This document shows positions 1 through 10,055 of a stretch of 38,157 nucleotides of DNA, piece after piece; positions within the stretch are counted from its first letter, which is position 1; every line of letters starts with the position of its first letter. The notes below the pieces were generated by a model, which saw only the letters and a list, made by a program, of their open reading frames with translations, was not told the origin of the DNA and ran no database searches. Origin of the DNA: Endomicrobiia bacterium (GTDB lineage: Bacteria > Elusimicrobiota > Endomicrobiia > DTEH01); assembly GCA_039630545.1 (NCBI GenBank), contig JBCNUU010000010.1, forward strand, positions 1 to 38,157, written 5' to 3'. A program made the translations under genes and the position numbers.

Positions 1-169
1 TAAGTGGCTATAGCATCGTTGTTGTAAAGTTCCATGTTAATTAAAGGATCTTCCCATATAACTGAGTCGCGGTTTTTTTATTTTAAATTTTTAAAAAATC
101 AAAAAAATTATTAAATTAAAGTATTACTTTAAAATTTAGAAAATTAAATTTGAAAATGATTTGTCTTGT

Positions 170-904
170 TTATCTAGAAAAAATAAAGGATATGTTGCGC
201 ATTATAAAATCTTTCTTGCGGTAAGAAAAAAAACCTGATGTATGGCAAGTACAGAGAGTCTTTTCTTTATAAATTCTGTTAGGGTTAATGCCAAAATCTA
301 AAAATACATTTTTTAATTTCTCAAACAAAGAATAACTTTTCCCATCAATTATATAGCATTTTTCACATATATGAACTCCTAAAACAAATCTAAAATCACC
401 AAGATTAAAACCTCTGGCTTTAAGTAAAAGAAGTGTATTTTCACAAATCCCTTCTTCCAAACCGCGTCTACCCACATGTAGTAAACCAAAAACCATGTCT
501 TTTTTATTAAACACAAATAAAGGTATACAGTCAGCACTGAAAACCAAAACTACAGCATCTCTTAAATCTGTGATAATACCATCTGCGGATCCTATACCAT
601 AAATTTCAAAGTTATTAAATTTTACACTCTTATATAAATCCAAATTGTTTTTATCTATAAATATAACTTTATTCCCATGAATTTGTTCTGGTATTAAAAT
701 TTTATTTTTAGGTTTTAAAAAATCGTATTTATTCAAAAAATAAGTCAAAATCAAATTTTTTTCTTTAACTAGACAAGGAACTAAATTTAGGTCTTCAATT
801 TCTGGTGGTAAGACAAAATTTTTAAAAAAATCTTTATTTGTGGTGGCCAAAAAAAATTGTTTATCAAGGAATGTTATTAAAAGTTTACTTTTTTCCCATA
901 CCAT
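170..904 (-). CDS. pgeF: Peptidoglycan editing factor PgeF / laccase-like purine nucleoside phosphorylase (YfiH/YlmD family)
   Basis: Family motifs QIHGNKV, ADGIIT, SADCIP, LHVGRRG, CTCH and FFSYR; located just downstream of the ftsZ region as is typical. Confidence 0.88.
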   Translation of the reverse strand: MVWEKSKLLITFLDKQFFLATTNKDFFKNFVLPPEIEDLNLVPCLVKEKNLILTYFLNKYDFLKPKNKILIPEQIHGNKVIFIDKNNLDLYKSVKFNNFEIYGIGSADGIITDLRDAVVLVFSADCIPLFVFNKKDMVFGLLHVGRRGLEEGICENTLLLLKARGFNLGDFRFVLGVHICEKCYIIDGKSYSLFEKLKNVFLDFGINPNRIYKEKTLCTCHTSGFFSYRKKDFIMRNISFIFSR

Positions 905-913
905 TAAAACACT

Positions 914-2050
914 TTATCTTCTTTCAAATCTTTCATAAATCTGAGAACTTCCTCCTGAGGATGTCTCAATACCTTTAATAGCAAGCATAAGATCCTCAGG
1001 ACTGCTAGCAGCCTGAAGGGCATCTTCTAAGCTGATTTTTTCTGCTTTAAATAGCTCTAAAAGAGCCTGGTTGAATGTTTGCATACCATAATGTTTACCT
1101 TGTTTAATTAAGTTAAAAATATCACCAAAAGCTTTTTCTTCAATACATTTTTTTACTGCTGGTGTAACTACTAATACCTCAACTGCAGGAATTAAACCAG
1201 GCCTGTCTTTTCTTTTTATTAATCTCTGAGAAATAACTCCCTTTAATGTATCTGCTAACTGAAGTCTTACTTGATTTTGTTGATGTGGTGGAAAGATGTC
1301 TATTATTCTATTTATTGTTTGAATAGTATCAACAGTATGCACTGTGGAAAGTACAAAATGACCTAGTTGTGCCGCCGTTAAAGCTGCCTGCATTGTTTCT
1401 AAATCTCTCATTTCTCCAATTAAGATAACATCAGGATTCTGTCTTACTACATGTCGCAAAGCAGAAACAAAAGAACTACTATCATATGGTATTTCTCTTT
1501 GAGAAATTATAGATTTTTTGTCTGAATGAATAAATTCAATAGGATCTTCTATGGTCACAATATGTACTGAACGTGTAGAATTAATATAATCAATCATACT
1601 AGCCAAGGTAGTTGATTTCCCTGAACCTGCAGGACCTGTCACAAGAACTAAACCTCTCGGATTTTCTGCAAGTTTATAAACTACTTCTGGTAATTCTAAT
1701 TGTTCTTTCGGTGGGATTTGTAAAGGTATGTTTCTTATTACTATATTTACTACCCCTCTCTGATAAAATATATTCATTCTTAACCTTGCTAAATTCTCAA
1801 AATTATAACCAATATCACATTCCCTTTCTATTTCAAATCTTTTTTGTTGTTCAGGGTTCATTACATAATAAGCAAAATTTTTAATTTCTTCAAAAGAAAC
1901 AACATCTTCATCGTTTAAACCAAATAATACTCCATCTTTTCTTACATATGGTATTGAATTACTTCTTAAATGTAAATCACTCCCTTTTATTTCTATTATA
2001 AATCTTTTTATTATTTTTATTATTTTACTTATATTGTCTATCTGTGGCAT
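914..2050 (-). CDS. pilT: Type IV pilus retraction ATPase, PilT/PilU family
   Basis: GSDLHL N-terminus, Walker A GPAGSGKSTT, Asp box TIEDPIE, Walker B PDVILIGEMRD, His box STVHT, GMQTFNQAL. Confidence 0.92.
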   Translation of the reverse strand: MPQIDNISKIIKIIKRFIIEIKGSDLHLRSNSIPYVRKDGVLFGLNDEDVVSFEEIKNFAYYVMNPEQQKRFEIERECDIGYNFENLARLRMNIFYQRGVVNIVIRNIPLQIPPKEQLELPEVVYKLAENPRGLVLVTGPAGSGKSTTLASMIDYINSTRSVHIVTIEDPIEFIHSDKKSIISQREIPYDSSSFVSALRHVVRQNPDVILIGEMRDLETMQAALTAAQLGHFVLSTVHTVDTIQTINRIIDIFPPHQQNQVRLQLADTLKGVISQRLIKRKDRPGLIPAVEVLVVTPAVKKCIEEKAFGDIFNLIKQGKHYGMQTFNQALLELFKAEKISLEDALQAASSPEDLMLAIKGIETSSGGSSQIYERFERR

Positions 2051-2066
2051 AAAAAATATAAACCTT

Positions 2067-3143
2067 CTACTTTAGTACACGAAGCTTTCCTTTTCTTATG
2101 AAACTAACTTTTTTTTCACTTTTTTCCTCTGTAGAAATTGGAGAATAAGATTTTTTTATAGCATCAAAAGCAGATTTTTTCTTCTTAGAAATATTAGAAA
2201 AACCACTTGCTATTACAGTTACTTCAACTATTTCTTTAAATTCTTCAGAATTAACATATCCTACAATAATAGTTGAATCTTTATCCATGTATTGTTCCAG
2301 ATATTTACCTAAAATCACTACATCATTTGTCATTATATTTGCACCACATAAATTTACTAAAACTTTCTTTGCTCCTTGAATGTTAACATCTATCAATGGA
2401 TTATTAAGTGCTGTTTTTAATGCTTTTTTTAAAGCGTTTTCAGAATAAGAATTCTCTGTCCCCATACCCATTATTATTTCTCCTGCATCTTTTAGAACAC
2501 TTTTCACATCCGAAAAATCCACATTCCAATAGCCCTGCCTCTTTATTACACTCCACATACTAAGAACTGCTTTATGAAGAACATCATCTGCTATTCTATA
2601 CAACATCTCAGTAAAACTTACATAAGGATATAACTCCAAAAATTTATCATTTGGAATTACCAACCACGCATCCACATATTTTCTAAGTTCCTCAATACCC
2701 ATTTCTGCGTTTTTCATTCTTTCTGCACCTTCAAATTTAAAAGGCTTTGTTACTATAGCCACAGTCAAAATACCCAGCTCCTTGGCAATTTTAGCAATAA
2801 CAGGAGTAGCCCCTGTACCTGTACCTTTCCCCATTCCACATGTTAAAAATAAAAGATCTGTATTCATTAAAATATCTCTTATAGTTTCAGCAGATTCTTC
2901 AGCAGCTTTTTTCCCAATTTCAGGCTTCCCACCACTACCTTGACCATTCGTGGTTTTTTGACCTATCTGAAGAATTATAGGAGCTCTGGAAGTTCTTAAA
3001 ACCTGAAGATCTGTATTTACACTTATTATATCAACACCACCAGATATCTGCCCTGCTTCTACTATTCTATTGATAGCATTACCACCTGCTCCACCTACTC
3101 CCATTATTTTTATTTTTACAGGATCCTTTTCTAATTCTTTCAT
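2067..3143 (-). CDS. ftsZ: Cell division protein FtsZ (divergent)
   Basis: GVGGAGGNAINR, NTDLQ, GMGKGTGTG, TKPFKFEG, IPNDK, NVDFSDV, VTVIASG; follows ftsA. Confidence 0.96.
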   Translation of the reverse strand: MKELEKDPVKIKIMGVGGAGGNAINRIVEAGQISGGVDIISVNTDLQVLRTSRAPIILQIGQKTTNGQGSGGKPEIGKKAAEESAETIRDILMNTDLLFLTCGMGKGTGTGATPVIAKIAKELGILTVAIVTKPFKFEGAERMKNAEMGIEELRKYVDAWLVIPNDKFLELYPYVSFTEMLYRIADDVLHKAVLSMWSVIKRQGYWNVDFSDVKSVLKDAGEIIMGMGTENSYSENALKKALKTALNNPLIDVNIQGAKKVLVNLCGANIMTNDVVILGKYLEQYMDKDSTIIVGYVNSEEFKEIVEVTVIASGFSNISKKKKSAFDAIKKSYSPISTEEKSEKKVSFIRKGKLRVLK

Positions 3144-4441
3144 ATTTGGTCAAAAACATTCCATAATTTTTTAAAAAATTTGCTTATAAAGCTGGTTTCT
3201 TTATCTTTACTAATTTGTGTTTTATGCTGATTCGATACACTATATTTTATTAAACTTATAGCTGTTGTATATGAAAAATTTGAAATTATTTCTTCATTAC
3301 CAATTATTCCACTTTCTCCACCAATATAACCTGGACGAACATCAATACTTCCTTCAATATTACTATATTCACTCCTAAAAAGTTCTCTTATCGCATCTGT
3401 GATCCCACACAGATTAGCACCTCCACCAGTTAGTATTATATCCCCGTCTCTTAATACTGTCTCTATCCAGTTAACTTTTTTTAAATCTGGGATTACTCTA
3501 TCTAAAAATATCGTTTCTATCACTTCTGCTATTATTCTTGCAATTTCTTTTTTAGTAGTAATTTTCACATTTTTTCCATCTCGAGTAGGAATTTCTATTT
3601 GCTCATCTTTTTTAATCGCCGATGGTTGTGATACACCATATTGATGTTTTATATTCTCTGCTATATTCCAAGAGGTTTTATAATAAGCTGCGATTTCTCG
3701 TGTAATTAAATCTGCTCCCAAATCTATTTCATTATCAAAAAATTCTTTACTATATCTGACACATCCCCCATTATATGCTACAACTCCAATTGTCTGGCCA
3801 TTGAAGTCTATTACTAAACATCCAAGTTTTCTTTCTTCATTATCAGTAACTAATTGACTTAGTGGAACCAAACCATATAGAGTCTCATCAGGAATGTAAC
3901 CAGCTTCATTAAATGTTCTTTCAATATTTCTTAAAAAACTGTTATATACTACCACAGCATAGGCTTTCACCTCCAAAACACTTCCTTCCATATTTACAGG
4001 GTTAGTTATTCCCGATTGGCCATCTATTATATATTCCTGAGGAATAGCAGTCATTATTCTTCTTTCATTAGAAATTCTTAAACTTTTAACTGCATGATCT
4101 AAAACTTTATCTTGATCTTCTTTTGTAATAGTTTTATCAGTAGATGTAATTGGTATCTGAGCAGTGGTATCATATGTGGAAACAAAAGCACCTCTTATAC
4201 CAACTATTAACTTTGTTTTTTCTGCTTGTGCAATTTCTTCTAAACTATTAATAACTTCGTTTATAAGTAAAGCACTCCGTTCTATATCTTTTATAACACC
4301 GTTAGATATAGCTTCCCTATCTACAACTTGTTTTCCTCCAATAATATCTATAAGCCTTCTTTCAGGATCATATCTGCCTATTACACCAGTAATCCTTCCT
4401 GAGCCTATATCTAAGCCACAATAAATTTCTTCTTTCGGCAT
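3140..4441 (-). CDS. ftsA: Cell division protein FtsA
   Basis: GLDIGSG, PQEYIIDGQSGITNPVNMEG, AENIK, ILTGGGANL; SD-like GGGGGAG upstream; 4-bp overlap with ftsZ. Confidence 0.95.
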   Translation of the reverse strand: MPKEEIYCGLDIGSGRITGVIGRYDPERRLIDIIGGKQVVDREAISNGVIKDIERSALLINEVINSLEEIAQAEKTKLIVGIRGAFVSTYDTTAQIPITSTDKTITKEDQDKVLDHAVKSLRISNERRIMTAIPQEYIIDGQSGITNPVNMEGSVLEVKAYAVVVYNSFLRNIERTFNEAGYIPDETLYGLVPLSQLVTDNEERKLGCLVIDFNGQTIGVVAYNGGCVRYSKEFFDNEIDLGADLITREIAAYYKTSWNIAENIKHQYGVSQPSAIKKDEQIEIPTRDGKNVKITTKKEIARIIAEVIETIFLDRVIPDLKKVNWIETVLRDGDIILTGGGANLCGITDAIRELFRSEYSNIEGSIDVRPGYIGGESGIIGNEEIISNFSYTTAISLIKYSVSNQHKTQISKDKETSFISKFFKKLWNVFDQI

Positions 4442-4506
4442 TTCTCCCCCTTTTATTTTAACATATAATATATATAAATTTAAAATTTCTTAAATTCAAC
4501 AATTAA

Positions 4507-5247
4507 CTATAAATCACTATAAAACACAATATTCTCATCTAAAAGTGAAATATAAACTCTGAATGGTTTTTTATGAAATAGATTATAAACTTCAGCTATC
4601 TTTTTTTTATCTATCATCTCAAAATTTTCTCTTAATATAAAAATCGGACCTTCTTTAAAATATACCATATATTCTTTATTATCTTTTAGCATAATTTTTT
4701 GAACATCTTTTCCTATGTTTATATCTTCTAAAATTTGATTTAGTTTATATAATTTCTCTAAATCTAAGTATTTTTCACAACATACCTCTTTTATCTGGTT
4801 ATTATTTATGACATAAGAAGAATTATAAACTCTATACCATTTTTTATCTCTTGAATAAAACATTAGGTTATCGTATTTTGAAATATAAAAAATGTAGTCT
4901 CTTTTTAAAATTGAAATTTTTAGTATTCTATTGAAAAAAGGAAAATTCAGCAATTTAATCTTATAAATTTCTCTATATTTATTTTGAAGTTCTTTTAAAA
5001 CAAAAAAATAGTTAAACACATTTATGTGCTTATTGGAGAGATATTGAAGAATTATACTATCTGGTAAAGTTGTAAAATTTTCTTGAATATGGATTTTTCT
5101 TATTTTTATAAAATCCAAAAAATTATTTCTGAACAAAAATAAGAAGACAAAAAAAATTATAATTACTATTATTTTTTTTAAAAGTCTAAAATATCTTTTA
5201 TTTGGCTTTTTGCCAATATAACTTTTATAGAGATAATATCTACCCAT
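4507..5247 (-). CDS. ftsQ: Probable divergent FtsQ/DivIB
   Basis: Short basic N-tail, single TM helix (IIVIIIFFVFLFLF) and a POTRA-like segment starting IRKIHIQ; sits in the canonical ddl-ftsQ-ftsA position. Sequence similarity is weak by eye. Confidence 0.65.
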   Translation of the reverse strand: MGRYYLYKSYIGKKPNKRYFRLLKKIIVIIIFFVFLFLFRNNFLDFIKIRKIHIQENFTTLPDSIILQYLSNKHINVFNYFFVLKELQNKYREIYKIKLLNFPFFNRILKISILKRDYIFYISKYDNLMFYSRDKKWYRVYNSSYVINNNQIKEVCCEKYLDLEKLYKLNQILEDINIGKDVQKIMLKDNKEYMVYFKEGPIFILRENFEMIDKKKIAEVYNLFHKKPFRVYISLLDENIVFYSDL

Positions 5248-6172
5248 ATTTCCTTAAAGACAGTTCCACTATTTCTCTTACAAGTTGTGGGAAATCTATT
5301 CCAAAGAATCTTGCTGACTCAGGAAACAAAGAAGTTTCCGTCATGCCTGGAATTGAATTTATTTCTAAAACGTATATTTTATTAGTATTTTTTTCTAAAA
5401 TAATATCAACTCTACACATCACTTCACATCCGACACTAAGGGCTGCTTTTTTTGCTATATTTTCCATTTCTTTATATATACTTTTTTCTACTTTAGCTGG
5501 GATAATATGTGTGGAACCACCCTTTTTGTATTTTGAGTCAAAATCATAGAATTTATTTAAATTCGGTATTATCTCTACAATAGGTAAAACTTTATCACCA
5601 AGAATTGGTACTGTAAACTCTCTACCAACTATAAATTTTTCTACTATAACTTTATCACTATATCTAAAAGATACCTTTAAACCCTCAAGATATTCACTTC
5701 TATTTGTCGCTAAACTTACTCCTATAGTAGAACCTTCATCTACAGGCTTTATTATTACAGGAAATCGAATTTTTAATTTGGTATTTAAAGAATTTTTATC
5801 TAAAAGCTGCCATTCCGGAGTTGGAATTTTATTTGCTACAAAAATATATTTAGCGTAATGCTTATTCAAACATATCGCAGAAGATATAGCATTAGAACCC
5901 GTATATTTTATTTTAAGTGTATCTAAAAGTGACTGCAGAGTTCCATCCTCTCCAAATTTACCATGTAAAGCAATAAACACCATATCAACTTTTTGTTTTT
6001 TTAGCAGTAACAACTTCTTCAAACAATCTGTTTTGTTGATTTCAAGAAGCTTAACATCAAAATCAGAATATTTGCATAAATTCATATATACTGCTTTACC
6101 TGTTTTAAGACTTATTTTTCTTTCAGATGAAAATCCACCATATAGCACGACTATTTTTAATTTTTTTTTCAT
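5240..6172 (-). CDS. ddl: D-alanine--D-alanine ligase
   Basis: GGFSSERKISLKTG, LHGKFGEDG, KPVDEGSTIGV, FYDFDSKY, LEINSIPGMTETS. Confidence 0.97.
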   Translation of the reverse strand: MKKKLKIVVLYGGFSSERKISLKTGKAVYMNLCKYSDFDVKLLEINKTDCLKKLLLLKKQKVDMVFIALHGKFGEDGTLQSLLDTLKIKYTGSNAISSAICLNKHYAKYIFVANKIPTPEWQLLDKNSLNTKLKIRFPVIIKPVDEGSTIGVSLATNRSEYLEGLKVSFRYSDKVIVEKFIVGREFTVPILGDKVLPIVEIIPNLNKFYDFDSKYKKGGSTHIIPAKVEKSIYKEMENIAKKAALSVGCEVMCRVDIILEKNTNKIYVLEINSIPGMTETSLFPESARFFGIDFPQLVREIVELSLRKYG

Positions 6173-7083
6173 ATCTCTATATTTACAAGTTTTATTTCTG
6201 GCTCTAACTCTATTCCATATTTTTCTTTTACCTTCTTAATAACATATCTAATTATATTAACAAAATCTTCTGAAGTAGCATTTTTCTTATTTATTATAAA
6301 GTTAGCATGTTTTTCTGAAATATAAGCATCTCCACAGGAAAATCCTTTAAGTCCGCATTCTTCTATTAATTTAGCAGACGAAACCTTACCACCCTGTGGA
6401 TTTTTAAATATACACCCTACATTAAATGTTCCAAGCGGCTGGGTTTTATTTCTTTCAATTAATAGATTAGTTATTCTTTCTTTTAAAAAATTCTTGTCAG
6501 CTGGTTTTAAATTAAAAATCGCTTTAATTATTACAAAACATTCAAGATTACTTTTTCTATATTCAAAATTAATCTCGTTTTTTGAAAATTTTACTATTTT
6601 GTCAGGTTCATCAATTTTTATTGCTTCTATTGATTCTAAATTATCAGAGATAGTAGCTACTTTAGTACCAGCATTCATCATAATAGCTCCTCCAACGCTT
6701 CCAGGTATTCCAAAAAGTTCCTCTAAACCACCAAGCGAATAATCTACAACAGTTTTTATCAACAAAGGTAACATTACACCAGCACCACATAGGACTTTAT
6801 TACTTATTATTTCAAACTTGCAAAATTCATCGCTCAATTTAATTACTACTCCTTCAAATCCTTTATCAGAAATTAACATATTCGAACCAGCACCAATAAT
6901 TAAAACTTTTTGATGAAATTCTTTAGAAAGTTTCAATACCGTAATTAATTCAGAAATATTATTTGATTTAACAAAATATCTTGCCTCGCCACCAATATTT
7001 AATGTAGTATACCTTTTAAGAGGTTCATTGAGTTTTACATCAATATTGTGTTGTTTTAATATGTCAAAGAATTTATCATCCAT
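6169..7083 (-). CDS. murB: UDP-N-acetylmuramate dehydrogenase
   Basis: TTLNIGGEA, GAGSNML, GIPGSVGGAIMMNAG, FEYRKS, QPLG..GCIFKNP, SEKHANFIIN, LEPEI. Confidence 0.97.
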   Translation of the reverse strand: MDDKFFDILKQHNIDVKLNEPLKRYTTLNIGGEARYFVKSNNISELITVLKLSKEFHQKVLIIGAGSNMLISDKGFEGVVIKLSDEFCKFEIISNKVLCGAGVMLPLLIKTVVDYSLGGLEELFGIPGSVGGAIMMNAGTKVATISDNLESIEAIKIDEPDKIVKFSKNEINFEYRKSNLECFVIIKAIFNLKPADKNFLKERITNLLIERNKTQPLGTFNVGCIFKNPQGGKVSSAKLIEECGLKGFSCGDAYISEKHANFIINKKNATSEDFVNIIRYVIKKVKEKYGIELEPEIKLVNIEI

Positions 7084-8455
7084 ATTTTTCTATCAACCAT
7101 TCAGAGATTTTATAAACATTACCAGCACCTAAAGTTAAAATAACAAATTCTTCATTATAGCTTTCTATAAACTTTAAGAATTTTTTCTCATCATATTTCT
7201 CTACATCATATCCGCGACTTTTTAAATCGTTATAAATAAGCAAAGAACTAACACCTTTTATCGGTTTTTCATTAGCAGGATATATATCCAGAATAAAAAT
7301 TTTATGGTTTTTGTTAAATCCTTTATAAAATTCTTTATATAAAAGTTTTGTTCTTGTATATCTATGAGGTTGAAAAAGTATAACTATTTTTTTATTTTTT
7401 ATTTTTTTCTGTAAAGCACTTAAAGTATAATATATCTCTGTAGGATGATGTCCATAATCATCATAAATTTCTATCTGTTTTGAATTGATCTTAATTTTAC
7501 CTTTGAATTCAAGTCTTCTTTCTACTCCTAAAAATTCTTCTAAAGCAAGTTTAATATTGCTAAAATTTATATCACATAAAACTCCATAAGAAATTACAGC
7601 TAAAGCATTTAACACATTATGAACCCCTAATACTTTCAATTTTATGCTTCCTAAAAATTTTTCTTTATAGAACGCTTTAAAACTAGAAAAGTTTTCGTTA
7701 ATTTTTATATCTTTTGCATAAAAATCATTTTTAAAAGATAATCCATATGTATAATATTTTCTTTTTATAAAACCAAGCAAAGACTTTATATTTTTATCTT
7801 CTCCATATAGAATATTAAATCCATAAAATGGAACTGAATTAAAATGATTAAGAAAAGATTCTTTTAGAAAATTTAAATTTTTGTAATAATCTAGGTGATC
7901 ATTGTCAATATTAGTACAAATTACCACATAAGGAGACAACTTTAAAAAAGAACCATCACTTTCATCTGCTTCTACAACAATAAATTTTCCTTTCCCTAGT
8001 CTTGCATGAGAATTTATGTTTTTAAACTTCCCTCCTACTACTATGGTAGGATCCAATCCACATTTTTTTAAAAGCAATCCCATCATAGATGTAGTAGTAG
8101 TTTTTCCATGGGTACCACAAACACTTATAGTATACTTCATTCTTGCAATTTCAGCTAACATTTCCACTCTGGAGATTACTTGAATATTTTTTCTTTGAGC
8201 TTCTTTAATTTCTGGGTTATTTTTGTTAACAGCAGAAGAATACACAACCACATCTGCTGAATTTATGTTTTCTTTTTTATGACCAATGAAAATATTCGCT
8301 CCTAACTTTTTTAACCTGGCAATAACATCTGAATCTTTTATGTCAGATCCAGATACTGTATAACCCATATTTAATAAAACCTCAGCGATTCCACTCATTC
8401 CACTACCACCAATTCCTACTAGATGAATTTTTTTTACTTTACTGAAGGGGTTCAT
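7076..8455 (-). CDS. murC: UDP-N-acetylmuramate--L-alanine ligase
   Basis: GIGGSGMSGIA, GTHGKTTTT, EADESDGSF, DNDHLD, DDYGHHPTEI, FQPHRYTR, TLGAG; ATG at 8455 preferred over the TTG at 8464. Confidence 0.97.
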   Translation of the reverse strand: MNPFSKVKKIHLVGIGGSGMSGIAEVLLNMGYTVSGSDIKDSDVIARLKKLGANIFIGHKKENINSADVVVYSSAVNKNNPEIKEAQRKNIQVISRVEMLAEIARMKYTISVCGTHGKTTTTSMMGLLLKKCGLDPTIVVGGKFKNINSHARLGKGKFIVVEADESDGSFLKLSPYVVICTNIDNDHLDYYKNLNFLKESFLNHFNSVPFYGFNILYGEDKNIKSLLGFIKRKYYTYGLSFKNDFYAKDIKINENFSSFKAFYKEKFLGSIKLKVLGVHNVLNALAVISYGVLCDINFSNIKLALEEFLGVERRLEFKGKIKINSKQIEIYDDYGHHPTEIYYTLSALQKKIKNKKIVILFQPHRYTRTKLLYKEFYKGFNKNHKIFILDIYPANEKPIKGVSSLLIYNDLKSRGYDVEKYDEKKFLKFIESYNEEFVILTLGAGNVYKISEWLIEKYG

Positions 8456-8460
8456 AAAAT

Positions 8461-8859
8461 TCAAAATCGTCCTTTTTCTCTTTTTACTGTGGTTTTTAAA
8501 CCACCACGAATATTAAATTCTAACTCTACATATAGCCATTTTGGCTTTAAAAGTTTATAAAGATCTTCAAAAATTCTATTTACAGCATCTTCATGAATTA
8601 TTTTAACATTTCTATAACTCTGGATATAGTATTTTAAAGATTTAAGTTCTACACATACTTTGTTGGGGATATATTTTATTTTCAAAGAAGCATAATCAGG
8701 CAACTCACTCCATGGGCACACACAACTAAACTCTTGAGTAAATATTTCTATTACTATCCTTTTGCCTATGTATTGATATTTTATAGGCAACAACAAATCA
8801 GCAGAAATTTTGTCGAATACAGGTTTTAAATTTTTAATTTTTTTATATAATTCCTCCAT
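8461..8859 (-). CDS. queF: NADPH-dependent preQ0 (7-cyano-7-deazaguanine) reductase, type I
   Basis: EFSCVCPWSELPDY, QueF motif ELKSLKYY..SYRN..HE, RGG. Confidence 0.93.
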   Translation of the reverse strand: MEELYKKIKNLKPVFDKISADLLLPIKYQYIGKRIVIEIFTQEFSCVCPWSELPDYASLKIKYIPNKVCVELKSLKYYIQSYRNVKIIHEDAVNRIFEDLYKLLKPKWLYVELEFNIRGGLKTTVKREKGRF

Positions 8860-8864
8860 ATAGA

Positions 8865-10055
8865 TTAACCTATTAACACAGATATAAATTTTAAATATTT
8901 AGTTTCTTCAAACATACAACCATATATAGGGTGATCTAATGATTGAGTACCACTATATATTATAAATCCTTTTTGCCTATTTTTCAACATACATTCTATT
9001 ATTATTTTATTTATTTCCTCCTCTGTTAGATGTCTTGAACAAACAGAAAAATTAAAAATACCATCTTTTTTAGTAATTTTTAGCAGGTTTTTTACCATAT
9101 TTTTGTATTTTTTTATAGCACTTTTTTTATCTTTTTTGGATTTTGTGAATGAAGGTGGATCATATATCACTATATCAAATTTTTCTTTATTTTTTTCTAA
9201 AAACTTTTCAACATCCTCTTGAATAAATTCAACTTTTCCTTCTAAATTATTTAATCTGGAATTTTCTTTAGCTAATTGAATCGCATACGAAGAAGAATCT
9301 ATACCTATAACTTTTTTGGCTCCAGAAATCCCAGCTATTATTCCAAATCCTCCTGTATAACAACATAAATCTAAAACCACTTTATCTTTAACTATTTTAG
9401 AAATAAACTCTCTATTAGAAAGTTGATCATAATAAAATCCTGTCTTCTGTCCATTAAATACATCTACTACAAATTCACAATTAAAATGAGTTATTTTTAC
9501 TAAAAAATTAAAATTTTTTTCCTTACAGAAAACTACTTCTTTATTCTGAGGTGCTTTTTCAATATCTCTGTGGTAAAAATCATTTCTTATAATTATACAA
9601 GAGACAGAAAAAATATCTAACAGTGCATTTATAATTTCCTCTTTAAAAATTTCCATTCCATAAGAATAAAATTGTAGCACAAAAACATCTCCATATCTGT
9701 CAATTACCACTCCGGGTAAATAATCACTCTCTCCATATACCAACCTACAATACTCTGTGTTTATCCCCAAACTTTTTCTTAAATTTAACGCCATTTTGAT
9801 CTTATTTATAAAAAAATCTTTATTTATTTTTTCATTTTTGTCAACAGACAAAACCCTAAGCGCTATAAGAGAATAAGGATTATAAACTCCTTTGCATAAA
9901 AATCTATTTTTGTCATCATATAACTCGACATAACCTATCTCCTTAGGTGCATCTTCTTTTTTAATTTCATTAGAAAAAATCCAAAGATAACCATTTTCTA
10001 TACGATTTTTATATTGCTTTGTAGTAAATAAATGATTTATCTTCATATATATCAT
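8865..10055 (-). CDS. rlmI: 23S rRNA m5C1962 methyltransferase, RlmI family (PUA plus class I SAM methyltransferase)
   Basis: GYLWIFSNEI, RLVYGESDYLPG..IDRY, GQKTGFYYDQ, VLDLCCYTGGF, DPPSF, DHP, ETKYLK. Confidence 0.88.
   Translation of the reverse strand: MIYMKINHLFTTKQYKNRIENGYLWIFSNEIKKEDAPKEIGYVELYDDKNRFLCKGVYNPYSLIALRVLSVDKNEKINKDFFINKIKMALNLRKSLGINTEYCRLVYGESDYLPGVVIDRYGDVFVLQFYSYGMEIFKEEIINALLDIFSVSCIIIRNDFYHRDIEKAPQNKEVVFCKEKNFNFLVKITHFNCEFVVDVFNGQKTGFYYDQLSNREFISKIVKDKVVLDLCCYTGGFGIIAGISGAKKVIGIDSSSYAIQLAKENSRLNNLEGKVEFIQEDVEKFLEKNKEKFDIVIYDPPSFTKSKKDKKSAIKKYKNMVKNLLKITKKDGIFNFSVCSRHLTEEEINKIIIECMLKNRQKGFIIYSGTQSLDHPIYGCMFEETKYLKFISVLIG

Noticed and set aside
1..169. Possible gene start (ATG at 35, minus strand, MELYNNDAIAT...) or leader RNA at the left edge
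   Set aside because: Too short to identify; no recognisable riboswitch or ncRNA consensus
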